A DNA stretch of 64,000 bases from Asterias rubens (GCF_902459465.1 NC_047079.1:248001-312000); one strand, 5' to 3'; shown: positions 26,401 to 36,855, numbered from the stretch's first letter. The notes: generated by a model not told the origin, from the sequence alone. Numbers and translations are program-made.

Positions 26401-29400
26401 ATGTGTGGAACTGGATGGACTTAACTTTACTGAACACAATATAAGAATGGAATACATACTGAACTCTCTCTGCACCAGCCTGATTGATCATGGGTGCATT
26501 ACATTTATGCTCCGAATTAAAGACACTGGACACCTTTGGTAATTGTCAAAGACCAGTTTTCTCACTTTGTGTGTCTTAACATATGCTTAAAATAACAAAC
26601 CTGTGAAAATTTGAGCTCAATCGGTCATCAAAGTTGCGAGAGAATAATTGAAGAAAAACATTATTGTCACACGAAGTTGTGTGCTTTCAGATGCTTGATT
26701 TCGAGACCTCAAAATCCAATTCTCATGTCTCGAAATCAAATTCATGGAAAATTACTTCTTTCTTAAAAACTACGTTCATTCAGAGGGAGCCATTTCTCAC
26801 AATGTTTTATATTATCAACAGCTCTCCAGTGATCGTTACCAAGTAAGTTTTCATGCTAACAGTTATTTGAGTAATTACCAATAGTGTCCAGTGCCTTTAA
26901 GTTGTGCTGACTGAATACATCTTCTTCTTAGTAAGTTTTTTGCTTATCTGCTTATTGTTAGATTTTCAGAGTGTTTTCTATTTGTATTTTATTAGTTGCC
27001 GTTTTATATATTTGTGTAAAGCACTTTGAGGCGTTGCATAAAGCGCTTTATAAATGTTCATTTATTATTATTATTAATTGTGTCGTTTGATGATTATTTG
27101 ACTGCAGTGATCCAGTTTGGTTTCATCACAGTGTTTGTGGCTGCTTTCCCTTTGGCTCCTCTCTTTGCTTTACTCAATAATTGGATTGAGATACGTCTGG
27201 ATGGATCTAAGTATGTGAGTGAAGTACGTCGTTCTGTCGCTGATAGAGCTCAAGATATCGGCATTTGGTACGACATCCTGGAGTTTATTGCTAATCTAGC
27301 CGTTATGAGTAATGTAAGTATTATTTTAAGTATAACTGTATCTTAGCATTATGTATGAAGTATATGACGTAGCATTAATATGAAATGTGGGTAGAGCAGA
27401 TGTCCTTAGCTTTCGATCCAAACCGGACTTTCTTCAGAGGCAAAAACGAGTACGAGTAAATACATTTCCATATATAAAAAAAAAAGGGGGGAGGGAGGGA
27501 TTTAGTGAAGGATCCAATCAAAGTTGCTATTTTAGAATCATTTTGTGGCAATATATATGAAGTGAATAGCCAATCAAAGTTGCTATTTTAGAATCATTTT
27601 GTGGCAATATATATGAAGTCAATAGCCAATCAAAGTTGCTATTTTAGAATCATTTTGTAGCAATATATATGAAGTATAAACTGTCTTTATACCTGATGTA
27701 GGAGGCTAAAGCGTTGCTCACATTTTCCTTATGTCCAGAACTCCCAAGAGTTCTGGGATCAGTGGTGTTTATTTTATCCTTCAGATGACATTATTTCATA
27801 TAAAACTACACTCCAACGTATGCCATACCTCAAAAAGGCTTGTTGAAGTCTACTGGTAGCAACCACGATAGAGGGATTAGGTTAATTTGAGTGATGTTCG
27901 CCATGCTCATTCATTCGACAGGTGTTTTACGACTGGGACTTGAACCCTTACTCTGCTGATCAGAAACACCAGAGCTTGAGTTTGGTGCTCTTATCCACTC
28001 GGTCCGCCACATTCTGTGTAGCAATACTCTTGCCAAAACCAGTGGCTAGAAGTCTCAAAAAATTGTTGCTTCCAATACAGGTTTTACTATCTGTATTTGC
28101 TGTGGTTTTTAGTGTAAACAGCATGCCATATTCTGTTATAGAACTGAATCATCCATATCGCTGTAAAAATAACTATTCATAAATACCTCAGACATTTTCG
28201 CTATTCCTATTGGTGGAGAGCGCATCACATGAGTGTGTATAAACCTTTGTTTATGACCAGTAAAAAGTGTTGAAACATGGGCGTGACACGCGAGCTTGCA
28301 CCTGTTTCTTCATTCCTATTGGTCGAGAGCAACGGCTGAAACAGTTGTGCCACATCACGCGATACACGCGACGTGCATAGCATTCCCTTATAAGAGTTGT
28401 TTACCCGAGCGCCGTACCATTTCATAGCTGGAGGGGTGTTGTATTGAAAGCAATCATTGAACAATTATAGTTTTTGCATTTATTTTACTTTTTGACCAAA
28501 AAGTGTTGATGTTTTTGACCGAAAAGGTATTTATGAATGGGAATCAAAGTGTGTTGAATCTGTTTTCCACTAGTGGTTTAAATCCAGAACCAGTAAGGTT
28601 ATCAAGAACCCGGCCTCGTTGGGATTAAACCACATTGATTCCCTTATTTAAGAACTGCCCGAAAACCACCATGTAACTGAATTTCTAACAGTATTTACCA
28701 ATCTTTATCTTCTTATATTAACAAGTTTGTTTTAAAAAAAAAATGTTTTATTTTGTTTTCTTTTAGGCATTTTTGATTGCATTCACTTCTGAGTTTTTGT
28801 CTCGTGTGATGTATCAATACAAATATGACTTCCATTTGCATGGCTATACAAACTTCACCTTGTCATATGCACCAAACGGCACCACCTCGGAACCATGCAG
28901 GTAAGTTGTCTACATAAAGAGTCTGGGAACTATACTCAATCTACTCACTCAAAACAAGGGCATTAATAAAAATATTTCTTACAATGAAAGTTATGAGTGC
29001 ACCTTGAAATTAAATATAAATTATGCCATACTTAATATTGACTAATCTGAGAGCTGCAAAACTCATTCCCTATGTATGTCTGATTTGATGGATTCGATGT
29101 ATCCAGTGAATCCAAGGTACACATGTATATGTGTCCTGACTTGGCCAAGCAGTCAAGTACCCTGGAAACAGTGTTTCTATTCAGCAGAGTTTAGGTTGAA
29201 GTCTTGGTCTTGACACTTGTGTCCATAAATTTGTCCAAAATGCTGTTTGGTAGACTTATAAAAAGGTCTTCTCCCAATAAAAACAAAGCTGACATCTTCA
29301 ATGGTACAGAACTGCAAAATGATTACTTTTTGCAACTGTTTTATTGTGACCTAATTCCGAAACTTTCATGACTTGTTCGGAAATCTATTTGGGAGTGCTT

Positions 29401-29981
29401 TCATCACGTCTGGGTAACCGGTTTGGTTTAAGGTCTGAATTCAGACTGGACAGGGTCATTATGACTTATATTGTTTACATGTCTCATGCAGATACAAGGA
29501 TTTCCGTGACGATGAGGGTAATCATACCAAAGTCTACTACCAACTACTGGCTATTAAATTAGCATTTGTCATCCTATTTGAGGTAAGATAAGGTCGTTCT
29601 TCGAAACAGATAATATTCCTAGATGTCAAATTTGAAATCAGTTCATCTGACATCAGTGTAAATGGTCCAGTGTCTGTTGAGTGTGTGTGGTGTGGTGTGG
29701 TGTCAGGTAGTGTGTGTGGTCTAGTGTCAGGTCAGTGAATGTGGTGTAGTGTCAGGTGAGTTTAAGCTTCAAACCAGGATTGCAAGCTTTCTAAGCTATT
29801 GTTTTAAAGGGAATGCAATTTTAACCTTGATATTGCTATAAGTTTATGTTTCTTGTTTCAGCATTTTGTTTTTGGTATTGGTCGATTCATTGATTTTGCT
29901 GTACCCGATGTACCTGAAAGCCTAGAGGTGAAGATTAAGAGAGAAAGCTACCTGGCTAAACAAGCTCTACAAGAAATACAG
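2347..29981 (+). CDS. ANO7: Anoctamin/TMEM16 family gene (ANO7-like Ca2+-activated channel/scramblase), 5'-partial; 17 coding exons in window, terminal exon unresolved
   Basis: GT-AG exons join in continuous phase (2224 nt, 741 codons): 2347-2476, 8172-8308, 9147-9315, 13116-13284, 13896-13986, 15037-15142, 15734-15794, 16704-16786, 17419-17556, 18396-18591, 19683-19794, 25420-25572, 26236-26363, 27108-27313, 28767-28900, 29492-29582, 29862-29981. Hallmark motifs: [50 protein letters not shown], and the Ca2+-site motifs NNCQE, EYLEM, IEIRLD. Closest to recalled ANO7; paralog assignment is tentative. Confidence 0.93.
2621..2762 (-). mobile_element. about 140-bp hairpin MITE family D
   Basis: TIR GGAGACTTT..GGCAGCAGACTTACC; opposite orientation to the 9773 and 17593 copies. 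Confidence 0.8.
3822..4203 (-). repeat. dispersed repeat, reverse complement of 51571-51900; partial copy at 28188-28265
   Basis: shared TTTCGCTA(T/C)TCCTA.TGGT..AGCG and CAACCCTGCCGG..T..A.GGCCA segments. Confidence 0.7.
4859..5440. mobile_element. foldback MITE with about 220-bp inverted arms
   Basis: 4859-5080 is the imperfect reverse complement of 5222-5440. Confidence 0.85.
6195..6236 (+). CDS. candidate 42-nt in-frame cassette exon of anoctamin ([14 protein letters not shown])
   Basis: tttttattccctgatatcag acceptor, GAT|gtaaga donor, phase 0-0 matching exons A and B, no stop. Confidence 0.45.
7811..8009. mobile_element. MITE with CAATAGACC termini
   Basis: CAATAGACCGATC...GATCGGTCTATTG. 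Confidence 0.75.
8172..8308 (+). CDS. anoctamin exon B ([10 protein letters not shown]...[12 protein letters not shown])
   Basis: ctacag acceptor, gtatgt donor; phase 0 to 2. Confidence 0.9.
9147..9315 (+). CDS. anoctamin exon C ([11 protein letters not shown]...AAYPLHD)
   Basis: aatag acceptor, gtaagt donor; YPLHD motif. Confidence 0.93.
9340..9666 (+). mobile_element. Kolobok-like MITE family A
   Basis: TTAA on both sides; TIR AGACACTGGACACTATTGGTAATT / imperfect inverse. Confidence 0.85.
9773..9914 (+). mobile_element. about 140-bp hairpin MITE family D
   Basis: near-identical to 17593-17733. Confidence 0.85.
10127..10610 (+). repeat. degenerate (GTTT)n microsatellite / GT-rich low complexity
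   Basis: GTTT/GTTC runs. Confidence 0.9.
13116..13284 (+). CDS. anoctamin exon D (GTEELPKG...[13 protein letters not shown])
   Basis: ctcag acceptor, gtaagt donor; QPLD/YFGEK motif. Confidence 0.95.
13445..13560 (-). mobile_element. tRNA-derived SINE head
   Basis: reverse strand TGGCCGAACGGATAAGAGCAC...GGTTCGAATCCCGG; related heads at 15977-16070(+), 27922-28012(-), 29135-29225(+), 41700-41778(-). Confidence 0.75.
13896..13986 (+). CDS. anoctamin exon E ([21 protein letters not shown]...)
   Basis: ttcag acceptor, gtaagt donor; TM1. Confidence 0.93.
14017..14218. mobile_element. Kolobok-like MITE family B
   Basis: TTAA-AGGAACAC..TTGGATCGGTC...GACCGATCCAAGGCAACGTGTCCCT-TTAA. Confidence 0.8.
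14479..14993 (-). mobile_element. Kolobok-like MITE family A with an internal about 90-bp tandem duplication
   Basis: reverse complement of the 9340 copy; duplicated ATAAAACATTGTGAGAAAC...GAGACCTCAGA. Confidence 0.85.
15037..15142 (+). CDS. anoctamin exon F ([17 protein letters not shown]...C)
   Basis: atgcag acceptor, gtaagt donor; Cys-rich extracellular loop. Confidence 0.93.
15256..15493. mobile_element. Harbinger-like MITE
   Basis: CTG-GGCCCAATTTC...GAAATTGGGCC-CAG with further internal inverted repeats. Confidence 0.75.
15734..15794 (+). CDS. anoctamin exon G ([20 protein letters not shown])
   Basis: ttccag acceptor, gtgagt donor; TM2. Confidence 0.93.
16125..16298 (+). mobile_element. 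5'-truncated L2-type LINE 3' end fragment
   Basis: encodes [16 protein letters not shown], then TATAAAT and an (ATT)n tail. Confidence 0.7.
16704..16786 (+). CDS. anoctamin exon H ([28 protein letters not shown])
   Basis: ttctag acceptor, gtcggt donor. Confidence 0.92.
16905..17032 (+). mobile_element. tRNA-like SINE head (third family); related pieces at 3340-3440(-) and 43424-43497(+)
   Basis: shared GGATTCGAACTGCCTCTAGCTAC.GGGCAATCT...CTGCTCTAGAATTG and GGTTCGAATCC B-box. Confidence 0.6.
17176..17319 (+). mobile_element. Harbinger-like MITE (family shared with 43222-43367)
   Basis: TTCACAAAG...CTTTGTGAAAT TIRs; internal sequence is the reverse complement of the 43222 copy. Confidence 0.72.
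17419..17556 (+). CDS. anoctamin exon I (ERPRPQF...[12 protein letters not shown]...)
   Basis: attag acceptor, gtaaga donor. Confidence 0.93.
17593..17733 (+). mobile_element. about 140-bp hairpin MITE family D
   Basis: near-identical to 9773-9914. Confidence 0.85.
18396..18591 (+). CDS. anoctamin exon J ([15 protein letters not shown]...LNDW)
   Basis: cacag acceptor, gtaaga donor; TM3-4. Confidence 0.93.
18620..18995 (+). mobile_element. tRNA-derived SINE, near full length
   Basis: A/B-box-like head (TGGCCTAGCTGTTAAGAGCAC...GAGTTCAAGAC), body, L2-like tail. Confidence 0.72.
18996..19376. mobile_element. hAT-like MITE with 8-bp TSD inserted in a SINE tail
   Basis: TIR CAGGGTTGTAGCTAG / TTGGCTACAACACTG; flanks GCCACTAT and GCCATTAT. 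Confidence 0.8.
19683..19794 (+). CDS. anoctamin exon K ([11 protein letters not shown]...YIAFFKG)
   Basis: ggcag acceptor, gtaagt donor; TM5. Confidence 0.95.
20405..20625. mobile_element. internal fragment of MITE family B
   Basis: shares TTAGAAAGATGTTTTTAAAGTAGACTA...AAAGGAAAACC...ATTCTACTTTT with the 14017 and 48359 copies. Confidence 0.55.
22082..22345 (-). mobile_element. tRNA-derived SINE with L2-like tail
   Basis: reverse strand has B-box, GTGTCCCTGAGCAAGACACTTTAC core and AGCGCTTTG...AAAGCGCCATATAAA tail. Confidence 0.75.
23488..23652 (+). repeat. 13-bp minisatellite TATCTGTGTCTGT, about 12 copies
   Basis: direct inspection. Confidence 0.95.
25420..25572 (+). CDS. anoctamin exon L (FVGYPGNY...CLVELAQQL...NNCQEVAIP)
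   Basis: tgtag acceptor, gtaagt donor; TM6. Confidence 0.95.
26053..26242 (+). repeat. 47-bp tandem repeat x4 containing the anoctamin exon M 3' splice site
   Basis: unit TGTAACATTGTAATAATTGGTTTCAATATTCTCTGTGCATAGAAAAC; AG ends at 26094, 26141, 26188, 26235. Confidence 0.97.
26236..26363 (+). CDS. anoctamin exon M (KLKQFILRW...WEADYQL...GLFEEYLEM)
   Basis: catag acceptor (last of four tandem copies), gtaaat donor. Confidence 0.92.
26521..26896 (+). mobile_element. Kolobok-like MITE family A
   Basis: TTAA flanks and TIRs. Confidence 0.87.
27108..27313 (+). CDS. anoctamin exon N ([18 protein letters not shown]...LAVMSN)
   Basis: tgcag acceptor, gtaagt donor; TM7-9. Confidence 0.95.
27514..27675 (+). 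repeat. 56-bp tandem repeat x3
   Basis: unit CCAATCAAAGTTGCTATTTTAGAATCATTTTGTGGCAATATATATGAAGT(G/C)AATAG. Confidence 0.93.
28767..28900 (+). CDS. anoctamin exon O ([10 protein letters not shown]...TSEPC)
   Basis: tttag acceptor, gtaagt donor. Confidence 0.93.
29492..29582 (+). CDS. anoctamin exon P ([10 protein letters not shown]...LAFVILFE)
   Basis: tgcag acceptor, gtaaga donor; TM10. Confidence 0.93.
29862..29981 (+). CDS. anoctamin exon Q ([40 protein letters not shown])
   Basis: ttcag acceptor, gtaagt donor. Confidence 0.93.
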
Positions 29982-30158
29982 GTAAGTAACTGAAATAACC
30001 ACTGATCAAATATTAATATTGCTCTTAAATGACACAACTTGATAATCAACTTCATCAATAGGTAGTGTCCAAAATGAAGATTTGATCCCAAATGAGGCAT
30101 TGGTTCCAAATGAGGTTTTGAACCCAATATATACTTTGATCCCGAGTATATCCCGTAA

Positions 30159-30504
30159 AGGGAAGGTACACGTTTGGTAATTACTCAAAACAAATATTAA
30201 CTTAAAAACTGACTTGGTAAACAAGCAATGGAGAGTTGTTGATAGTATAAAATATTGTGAGAAATGACTCCCTCTGAAGTAACGTAGTTTTTGAGAAAGA
30301 GGTAATTTCTCACTAAAATATTAAAAGACTTCTAGCTAGAACTCTTTTTATTCCCAACAAGGGTGTTTTTTCTTTCACCATTTTCTCGCAACTTCGATGA
30401 CCAATTGAGCCCAATTTTCACAGGCTTGTTATTTATGCTTAAATGATGGGATACACCAAGTGAGAACACTGGTCTTTGACAATTACCAAACGTGTACACT
30501 GCCT
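30159..30504 (-). mobile_element. Kolobok-like MITE family A
   Basis: internal sequence matches family A in reverse; TIR variant GTACACGTTTGGTAATT. Confidence 0.82.
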
Positions 30505-30962
30505 TTGACAAGTGTACCAAATCACAAATGGTTTCAACGTTTGCTTGTCACCAAACTATATTGATTGCACATGTACTAAATGTATAATGCTATAACATGC
30601 ACCGATGTCACATGCACAATGAATATGAATGTCACCTGCACAATGTATATGAAAACAATCAGCCATAACCCTTGTCAGGTTGTGTTTGAAATGGTGGCTG
30701 CGGCTGTTGCTGAGGCTGTTACTAAGAGCAGCTTATGCTTCATTGCATGATGACTGGGTGATAAAGCCGCAGCCACTATGTTAGAAACAGCCTAAGTTCT
30801 ATACTAGTCTTTTGGTATGTTTGTGTTTGACTATAATTTCTATGTATTTGTATAATAACTTTGCTCTTTATTATTGTGGTTTTAATAAAGCACTGTGTAC
30901 TCGATTGTTTCCAAGTTCTACAAGTTCCAAACATTTCCTTGTAGATAATAACAGCAGACCTG

Positions 30963-31098
30963 GGGTGGATTTCACAGAGTTAAGATTAGTCTTATCTTAA
31001 GTTTAGGATGATTTACTCGTCCTAGCTTAGGACTAGCCATGTTGTTCTTATACCAGTTCTAAGTTAGGACTAGTCCTAACGCTTTGTGAAATCGACCC
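30963..31098. mobile_element. Harbinger-like MITE
   Basis: CTG-GGGTGGATTTCACA...TGTGAAATCGACCC-CAG. Confidence 0.72.
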
Positions 31099-31269
31099 CA
31101 GGTACCTAATAGTCGCAAAAGATCTAGATTGATTTTTAAGTTCCAACCCAGCTCACTATTATAATTTGTTGAACTTGGAAAACACTGAGTGCAGTGACTC
31201 TCTGCATGAAGGCAATTGATATGTTTTTTTGCTTGCTTGGCATAACAGCTTCATATCTAGCACACTGCC

Positions 31270-31487
31270 AATAGACCCTTCCCATGAAATATGTAAATTG
31301 CACGTAGCGCGTGCGCACTAACGTTTTGGTTGGCAAAATGAGGGAACATCGCGCTGTTTTGTACACGGCTAATGGGTGCGTGACGCAGACGCGTCTGCTT
31401 AGTGCACAACTCTATGGCGTTTGCCAACCAACATGGTCTGTACGCATGCGTGAATGTAATTAGCATATTTCATGGGAAGGGTCCATT
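31270..31487. mobile_element. MITE with AATAGACC termini
   Basis: AATAGACCCTTCCCATGAAATATG...CATATTTCATGGGAAGGGTCCATT. Confidence 0.78.
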
Positions 31488-31567
31488 AAAGTAGATATTC
31501 ACATAAATATTCAAAATAAAGCTGCAAGGTCACTTTACAGAGACTGCCCAGTGACTAGCCGAGTGTA

Positions 31568-31952
31568 GCAGCTGCGCACCAACTGCTTACCGTCTGCCTA
31601 GCGGCTGCCTAGCAGCTGCGCAGCGACTGCTCTGCGACTGCCTAGCAGCTGCGCAGCGACTGCCTAGCGACTTCCTAGCAGCTGCGGAGCGACTGCTCTG
31701 CGACTGCCTAGCAGCTGCTCAGCGACTGCTCTGCGACTGCCTAGCAGCTGCTCAGCGACTGCTCTGCGACTGCCTAGCAGCTGCTCAGCGACTGCTCTGC
31801 GATTGCTCACCGACTGCTTAATGACTGCTCAGCAACTGACTGCTTAATGACTGCGCAGCGACTGCTCTGCGACTGCCTAGCAGCTGCGCAGGGACTGCCT
31901 AGCAGCTGCACAGTGACTGCTCTGCGACTGCCTAGTAGCTGTGCAGCGACTG
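31568..31952 (+). repeat. GC-rich minisatellite of 11-bp subunits (GCGACTGCTCT/GCGACTGCCTA/GCAGCTGCGCA) forming 33-bp higher units
   Basis: direct inspection. Confidence 0.9.
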
Positions 31953-32311
31953 GTCAGTGACAACCTCGCTGCACAGTGACTGCTACGTGGTACAGACATG
32001 CAACTTTTCCTCGGATCAGCTGATTTCCTCTTTTTTTAATCTCAGTTTTACCATTCAAAATTGAAAAATACCATTCAAAATCATTGCAATTTTGTAATTT
32101 CCTCTTTTTGTGTGAAGTAATACAGTTGCATACTTGGTGGTACCAAATGTAGTACATCTTAAATTGGTTGATAATATTTGTCTTGTATTGCTGCATGTTG
32201 CATGTTGTAGATGTTTGCACGTGAAATATCTTCATGCTCACCTGATGAATAAATTACTAGCAATTTAACAACAGACGAGTGAGGGATTTAAATGTTAATA
32301 GTAATAACAAA

Positions 32312-32724
32312 TATAGGTTTTCTCGGTCAATTTCGGAAAAAGAGCAGCCAATTTAACCACCAAGCTATTCTATTTTGCGCAAAATCGAATGCTACTCAAA
32401 AGCGTCATTCGATTTCGTTTTGGGATTAGTCAAATGTAATGTTGCGTCATTCGTATTAACAAAATAATCATTCAATTTAACAATTCATCAAAGCAGCTTT
32501 CAAATTAGCAGACGCTTCTTGAGGCGTGTGTGTCACGAAAAAGAATGACGCTACGCTAAATTGAACAGAGTGCTTAAGGAATTTGACTCGACTCAAAACG
32601 AAATTGAATGGCCGAATTCTGAATTTGAAACGCAGTACAACTGGAAAAGCAAAACAGCTTTAATTCGAACGCATGAAAATTAAATTGACTGCTCATTTGC
32701 CGAATTTGACCGAGAAAACCTATA
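32312..32724. mobile_element. MITE with about 30-bp TIRs
   Basis: TATAGGTTTTCTCGGTCAA...TTGACCGAGAAAACCTATA. Confidence 0.72.
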
Positions 32725-32945
32725 GTAGTAGCAATACTGACTGGATGCCTATAATCATCAATAAAAACATCCAAGATGAATCTCAAAGAAGATTAAACAT
32801 TTGATTTTCTTTTTTAATAATATAAGAATGTGGTTGCAATATAACATTAAAATTTATGTTGGTGGCTGATGCTACATGCTGTGGTTCTATGGGAACATTA
32901 ATCTTTGTCTTTGTTTTGTGTTTTGTTACCTTTCTTGTTTTCCAG

Positions 32946-32960
32946 GCTGATAAACTCTGA
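32946..32960 (+). CDS. candidate anoctamin terminal coding segment (ADKL-stop) followed by AT-rich putative 3'UTR
   Basis: long polypyrimidine tract ending ttttccag, phase 0 compatible with exon Q; other candidates exist at 30679 and 34455. Confidence 0.4.
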   Translation, partial: ADKL

Positions 32961-35900
32961 CAACACACACTGACTATAGGTATAACTGTGTACACAACTA
33001 ACCCAATTAGCAAACCCTTGAGGGCGCTGTTGAATTGATCACTGACTCTGATTTCATTTCAAGTAATGCTGTAAGGACCAAAGGATGACTGATGGATAAA
33101 GAACTCTACTCTTCTAAGATGCATGACAAACATTGATGTATTCATTAATTAGGCTTTAAGGCTACTCCAATTTGGGTAGATTTATTGTCATTTGGAAAGG
33201 CTAGTATCTCCAGTAGTTTCCATTCACATAACATGTAAATATTTCAATTGTCATTTGGAATAGCAAGTATCTTCTATAGTAGAGAGGTTTTGCAAGTCTA
33301 CTGATACACATACAGATACCGATACGTCGACACTTTGTGTGTTCACGTGACACGTATCTGCGTCTATTGTATTTTGCACACACAACAGCAACGGATACAG
33401 GAGGGTGTCTATCGGTCATGCTTGACGGAAAACACTTATGATGAACGTGAGCGCTTCAAGTAACACATATTTTGCGAAACAAAATCCAACACGTGGCTGA
33501 CATGAACGAACATCATATCTGTATCTGTATCCTCCGTTTGGGAAACCTCTCTAATTTCTCTGATAACTATTTGGATACAAATCCTGAATGGGATAGTTTG
33601 GTTGTAAGAGACACTGAGCTTATCTTTTAGATGTTCACAATTTATATTGCTTTGAAATTTGTCTCTGTCAAATTGATTTAGACCAATATTTTGAAGCTGT
33701 GGAGAATAAAAATCGTGTAAATTTGAATAATATATGCAAAGTGTACCCTTAGTGTGAATTGACAGCATTTGCAATTAAATAAATGAATGGAACTAATTAT
33801 TTAGATCTCAGGATTTGGTTGTAGATTGTAATCATAACACCAAGATGTCAAATCTTATTTCAAATCATCATTTGATTATAAGTCAAAAGAGATATGTGGT
33901 TTGCCTGTGATTGAGAGTCGGATGGAATTATGTTATTTCTATTTGTTGGCTTTTTGTTTACCATTCTTTTATGTTGTGGTTTATTATTGAGGTTTACTAT
34001 TTGATATGTTATACTTTAGACACAAGGTCTTTCAAGGTTTGTGACTGACATGTTTTCTTATTAACACTCAAAAGTTTTTATGATACTTGGTTTGCCACAA
34101 AAACTCTCTAAAGTCTCCATTCCCCATATTAATAAGTGACTCCACAAAAAAACACTGTTATTCTAATTTCATAATCTTGGTATTATATTTGACTCTAATT
34201 CCAAGACAATTTGTTTGCATATTTCTGGTATTGCTTGTTCTATGACTTCACAACCGTAATACATGTATAGGCAAAGTTAGGAAATATTTGATAGAAAATA
34301 TTTGAGACTCATCTTTTCAATCAAGTTTTTGAATAATTGGTTTGTTTTAACCCACGCCCCTCGATGTGTTTTTTACATTTTATTTTGTATTTATTTCTTT
34401 ACCACTTTGTATTGTATTCTGGACTTCTTCTTAACTTTCTTCTTACATTTCAGGTAAGGCTGATGTTACATAAAACCATGACAAGTTTATGTTGGATTTG
34501 ATAAATTATTTTCTGTACTAACTAAAGACAAGGTAAAAGATACATGTAGAAGTTTGTATTTACATGTTCATGGATTTACTAATGTATAATGTGTAATATA
34601 TGTTTTATTTATTATGAACCATATGCATAGATCCTTGTCATTTGATTGGTGGAACATGCATCAAGCGCCATCCTATATTTTCTGTAGGAGTTCTATATGG
34701 ATAGTTGTAGGACATTTCTGATGTAAACAATCTGCTCTTTTGTCCAAAAGGTCAAAACCAGGCAAGTTTTGCACAATGGCTGACATTGTTGGCATGTACA
34801 TTTTGTTTTATAGAGTTTTCAAAGTGTGGAATGGACGACTTCATGGTTTTTTTTTTGGTGTTTTTTGTGACTTTTTCTTCTTCAAATGACAAGGGTTTAT
34901 GCATGAGTTAGGGCCTATATCAACAATTATTGAATGCATGTTAGCATTGTCACTGAATATAATCACCTGGTGAAATCTTGCTTTTCATTTTCACTTGACT
35001 AGTCGTTTCACCTCATGATTATATTCTGCCAAAATGCACTCATATTGCATGCAATATTTGTATACTATTTAGTATAATGTATCAAGGTATACTAATTATT
35101 GGAGATTTGCATTGTTTTGTGTTGAAGGTGTTACCAATACTTGATGTCACATTAGCAAATGTATTTAAAGAAATGTTTATTGTGGGAGAAGAGTGTAGAC
35201 AAGTTTCTTAAGGTGTAGGGTTTGCATGTTATTTATATACAACAAATATTTATCTATAATTATTGGATTTACTGATCAAAAATGTTTGCTTGAAAATATT
35301 ATTGGTAAAATCTTCCACTTCATAAAAGATTGTTTCAGTATTTAGATAATGACAACAATAAATGTCAGTGATTGCATTACAAGTTTGATTAGCAAGGTAA
35401 TGTTGTTCGGCATACATGTAGCTACCAGTACTTACCCGTGTTTCCATTGCAAGCTTCATAGGGATCCATATAGAACTAAGATGTATACAACATTTCACAT
35501 GATTGTAGAAACTTAGTTCCAAGTTTGGAGTATGTTTGGGTTCTATATAGATATTTAAATCTCTATTTCTATACTTGACATCATGGAGATATGAAATCTG
35601 CATGTAAACTGCACGTAGGTTTGATTGTATGAGAGGTGTACATGCAGTGTACATGATACTTGGGTCCATTCCTTTTTTTCAACTTTTAACATGTTAGACG
35701 CATCCATATCTTGTTTTGACACATGGTACACTATGTATGGGATTGACAGTGCGATAGGATGAGTGGTGGATATTGGAGGCCTACCTGTATTTTGCATGAC
35801 ATAATAATCCTAGAGGTAGGACACTGATGCTGGGATGAAGAATTGCCTAGACCAATATTGCGATTGAGAAGTGCAAAAGTACCGACAATACCTTGCAGGA

Positions 35901-36604
35901 ATGTGTGGCTGTTGAAATGACTCAATAAGCGTACAGTACTTAAAGCCCGGTTCATACTTTACTGCGAATGCGAATGCCCAACCAATTTGAGGTGACAACT
36001 CTCAGTGAGTTACCCAGAGTTTAAAGGCTGCAATTTATTCTTGTGACGCCATTATTTGCTTTGCATTCACAGGAGGTATGAACCAGGCTTTAGTCACCTC
36101 GTGAGACCTCATCAGAAAGCAATGTATGGGTCAGGTAGAATACCTTCTTTTGATGTTTCAGGCAGAATACTTCACCGTCTTTTTGTACACATTTTTTGGC
36201 ATATTTTTACTAACTTCTTATCTTTTTACATAAATAGCTTGTGGAGTTTGTATAATATTGAATAATAGTAATATTGAAACCTTATATAGCGCATACAGCA
36301 GCCACAGCCAGGAACACCGGGGCGAACCCCTTCTTTTTTTGATAAGTGCACTGGGTTCTTTTACATGCGTTACACAACACATGGGAGCAACGGCTGTATG
36401 TGGTTGAGTAACTCCCATTAAAATGTGTTGATAATAACAAGTTGTTAAAACTTGTCTACCTTTAGATGTACGGTATGTCCATGGAGTAGGAAATAGATAA
36501 AGGTACATGGTGTTTCTTTGTCTGTAATAATCAATCCTTGTATTGATGCATCATACTTTGATAAAAATCTCCTCTTGAAGTAAAATTATGTCCTCAAGTT
36601 CATT

Positions 36605-36855
36605 TGGTGCGTTCGATCAGCTTCCCCATGTTGACCCTGCGGTGCTCATTCGGGTGAGCCCCTGACAAGAGCTTTTTAAATGATCACACTCGCCCTCTGG
36701 TGACGCCATGCACCTCGGGTCACCCCCAAGTGACCCACTCCACAAGCAGGGCACTAGGGGCTGACCCGGGTGAGCCCCTGGAATGATGTCAAAGCTATTC
36801 GAATGTACCAGGGGCAGACTGGGGTCGACCCAGGGAAGCTAAACAAACGCACCCA
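36605..36855. mobile_element. GC-rich MITE
   Basis: TGGTGCGTTCGATCAGCTTCCC...GGGAAGCTAAACAAACGCACCCA. Confidence 0.72.

Noticed and set aside
35250-35669. 139-aa minus-strand ORF between the two genes
   Set aside because: No recognisable motif, splice context or compositional support; a homology search and RNA-seq would be needed to revive it.
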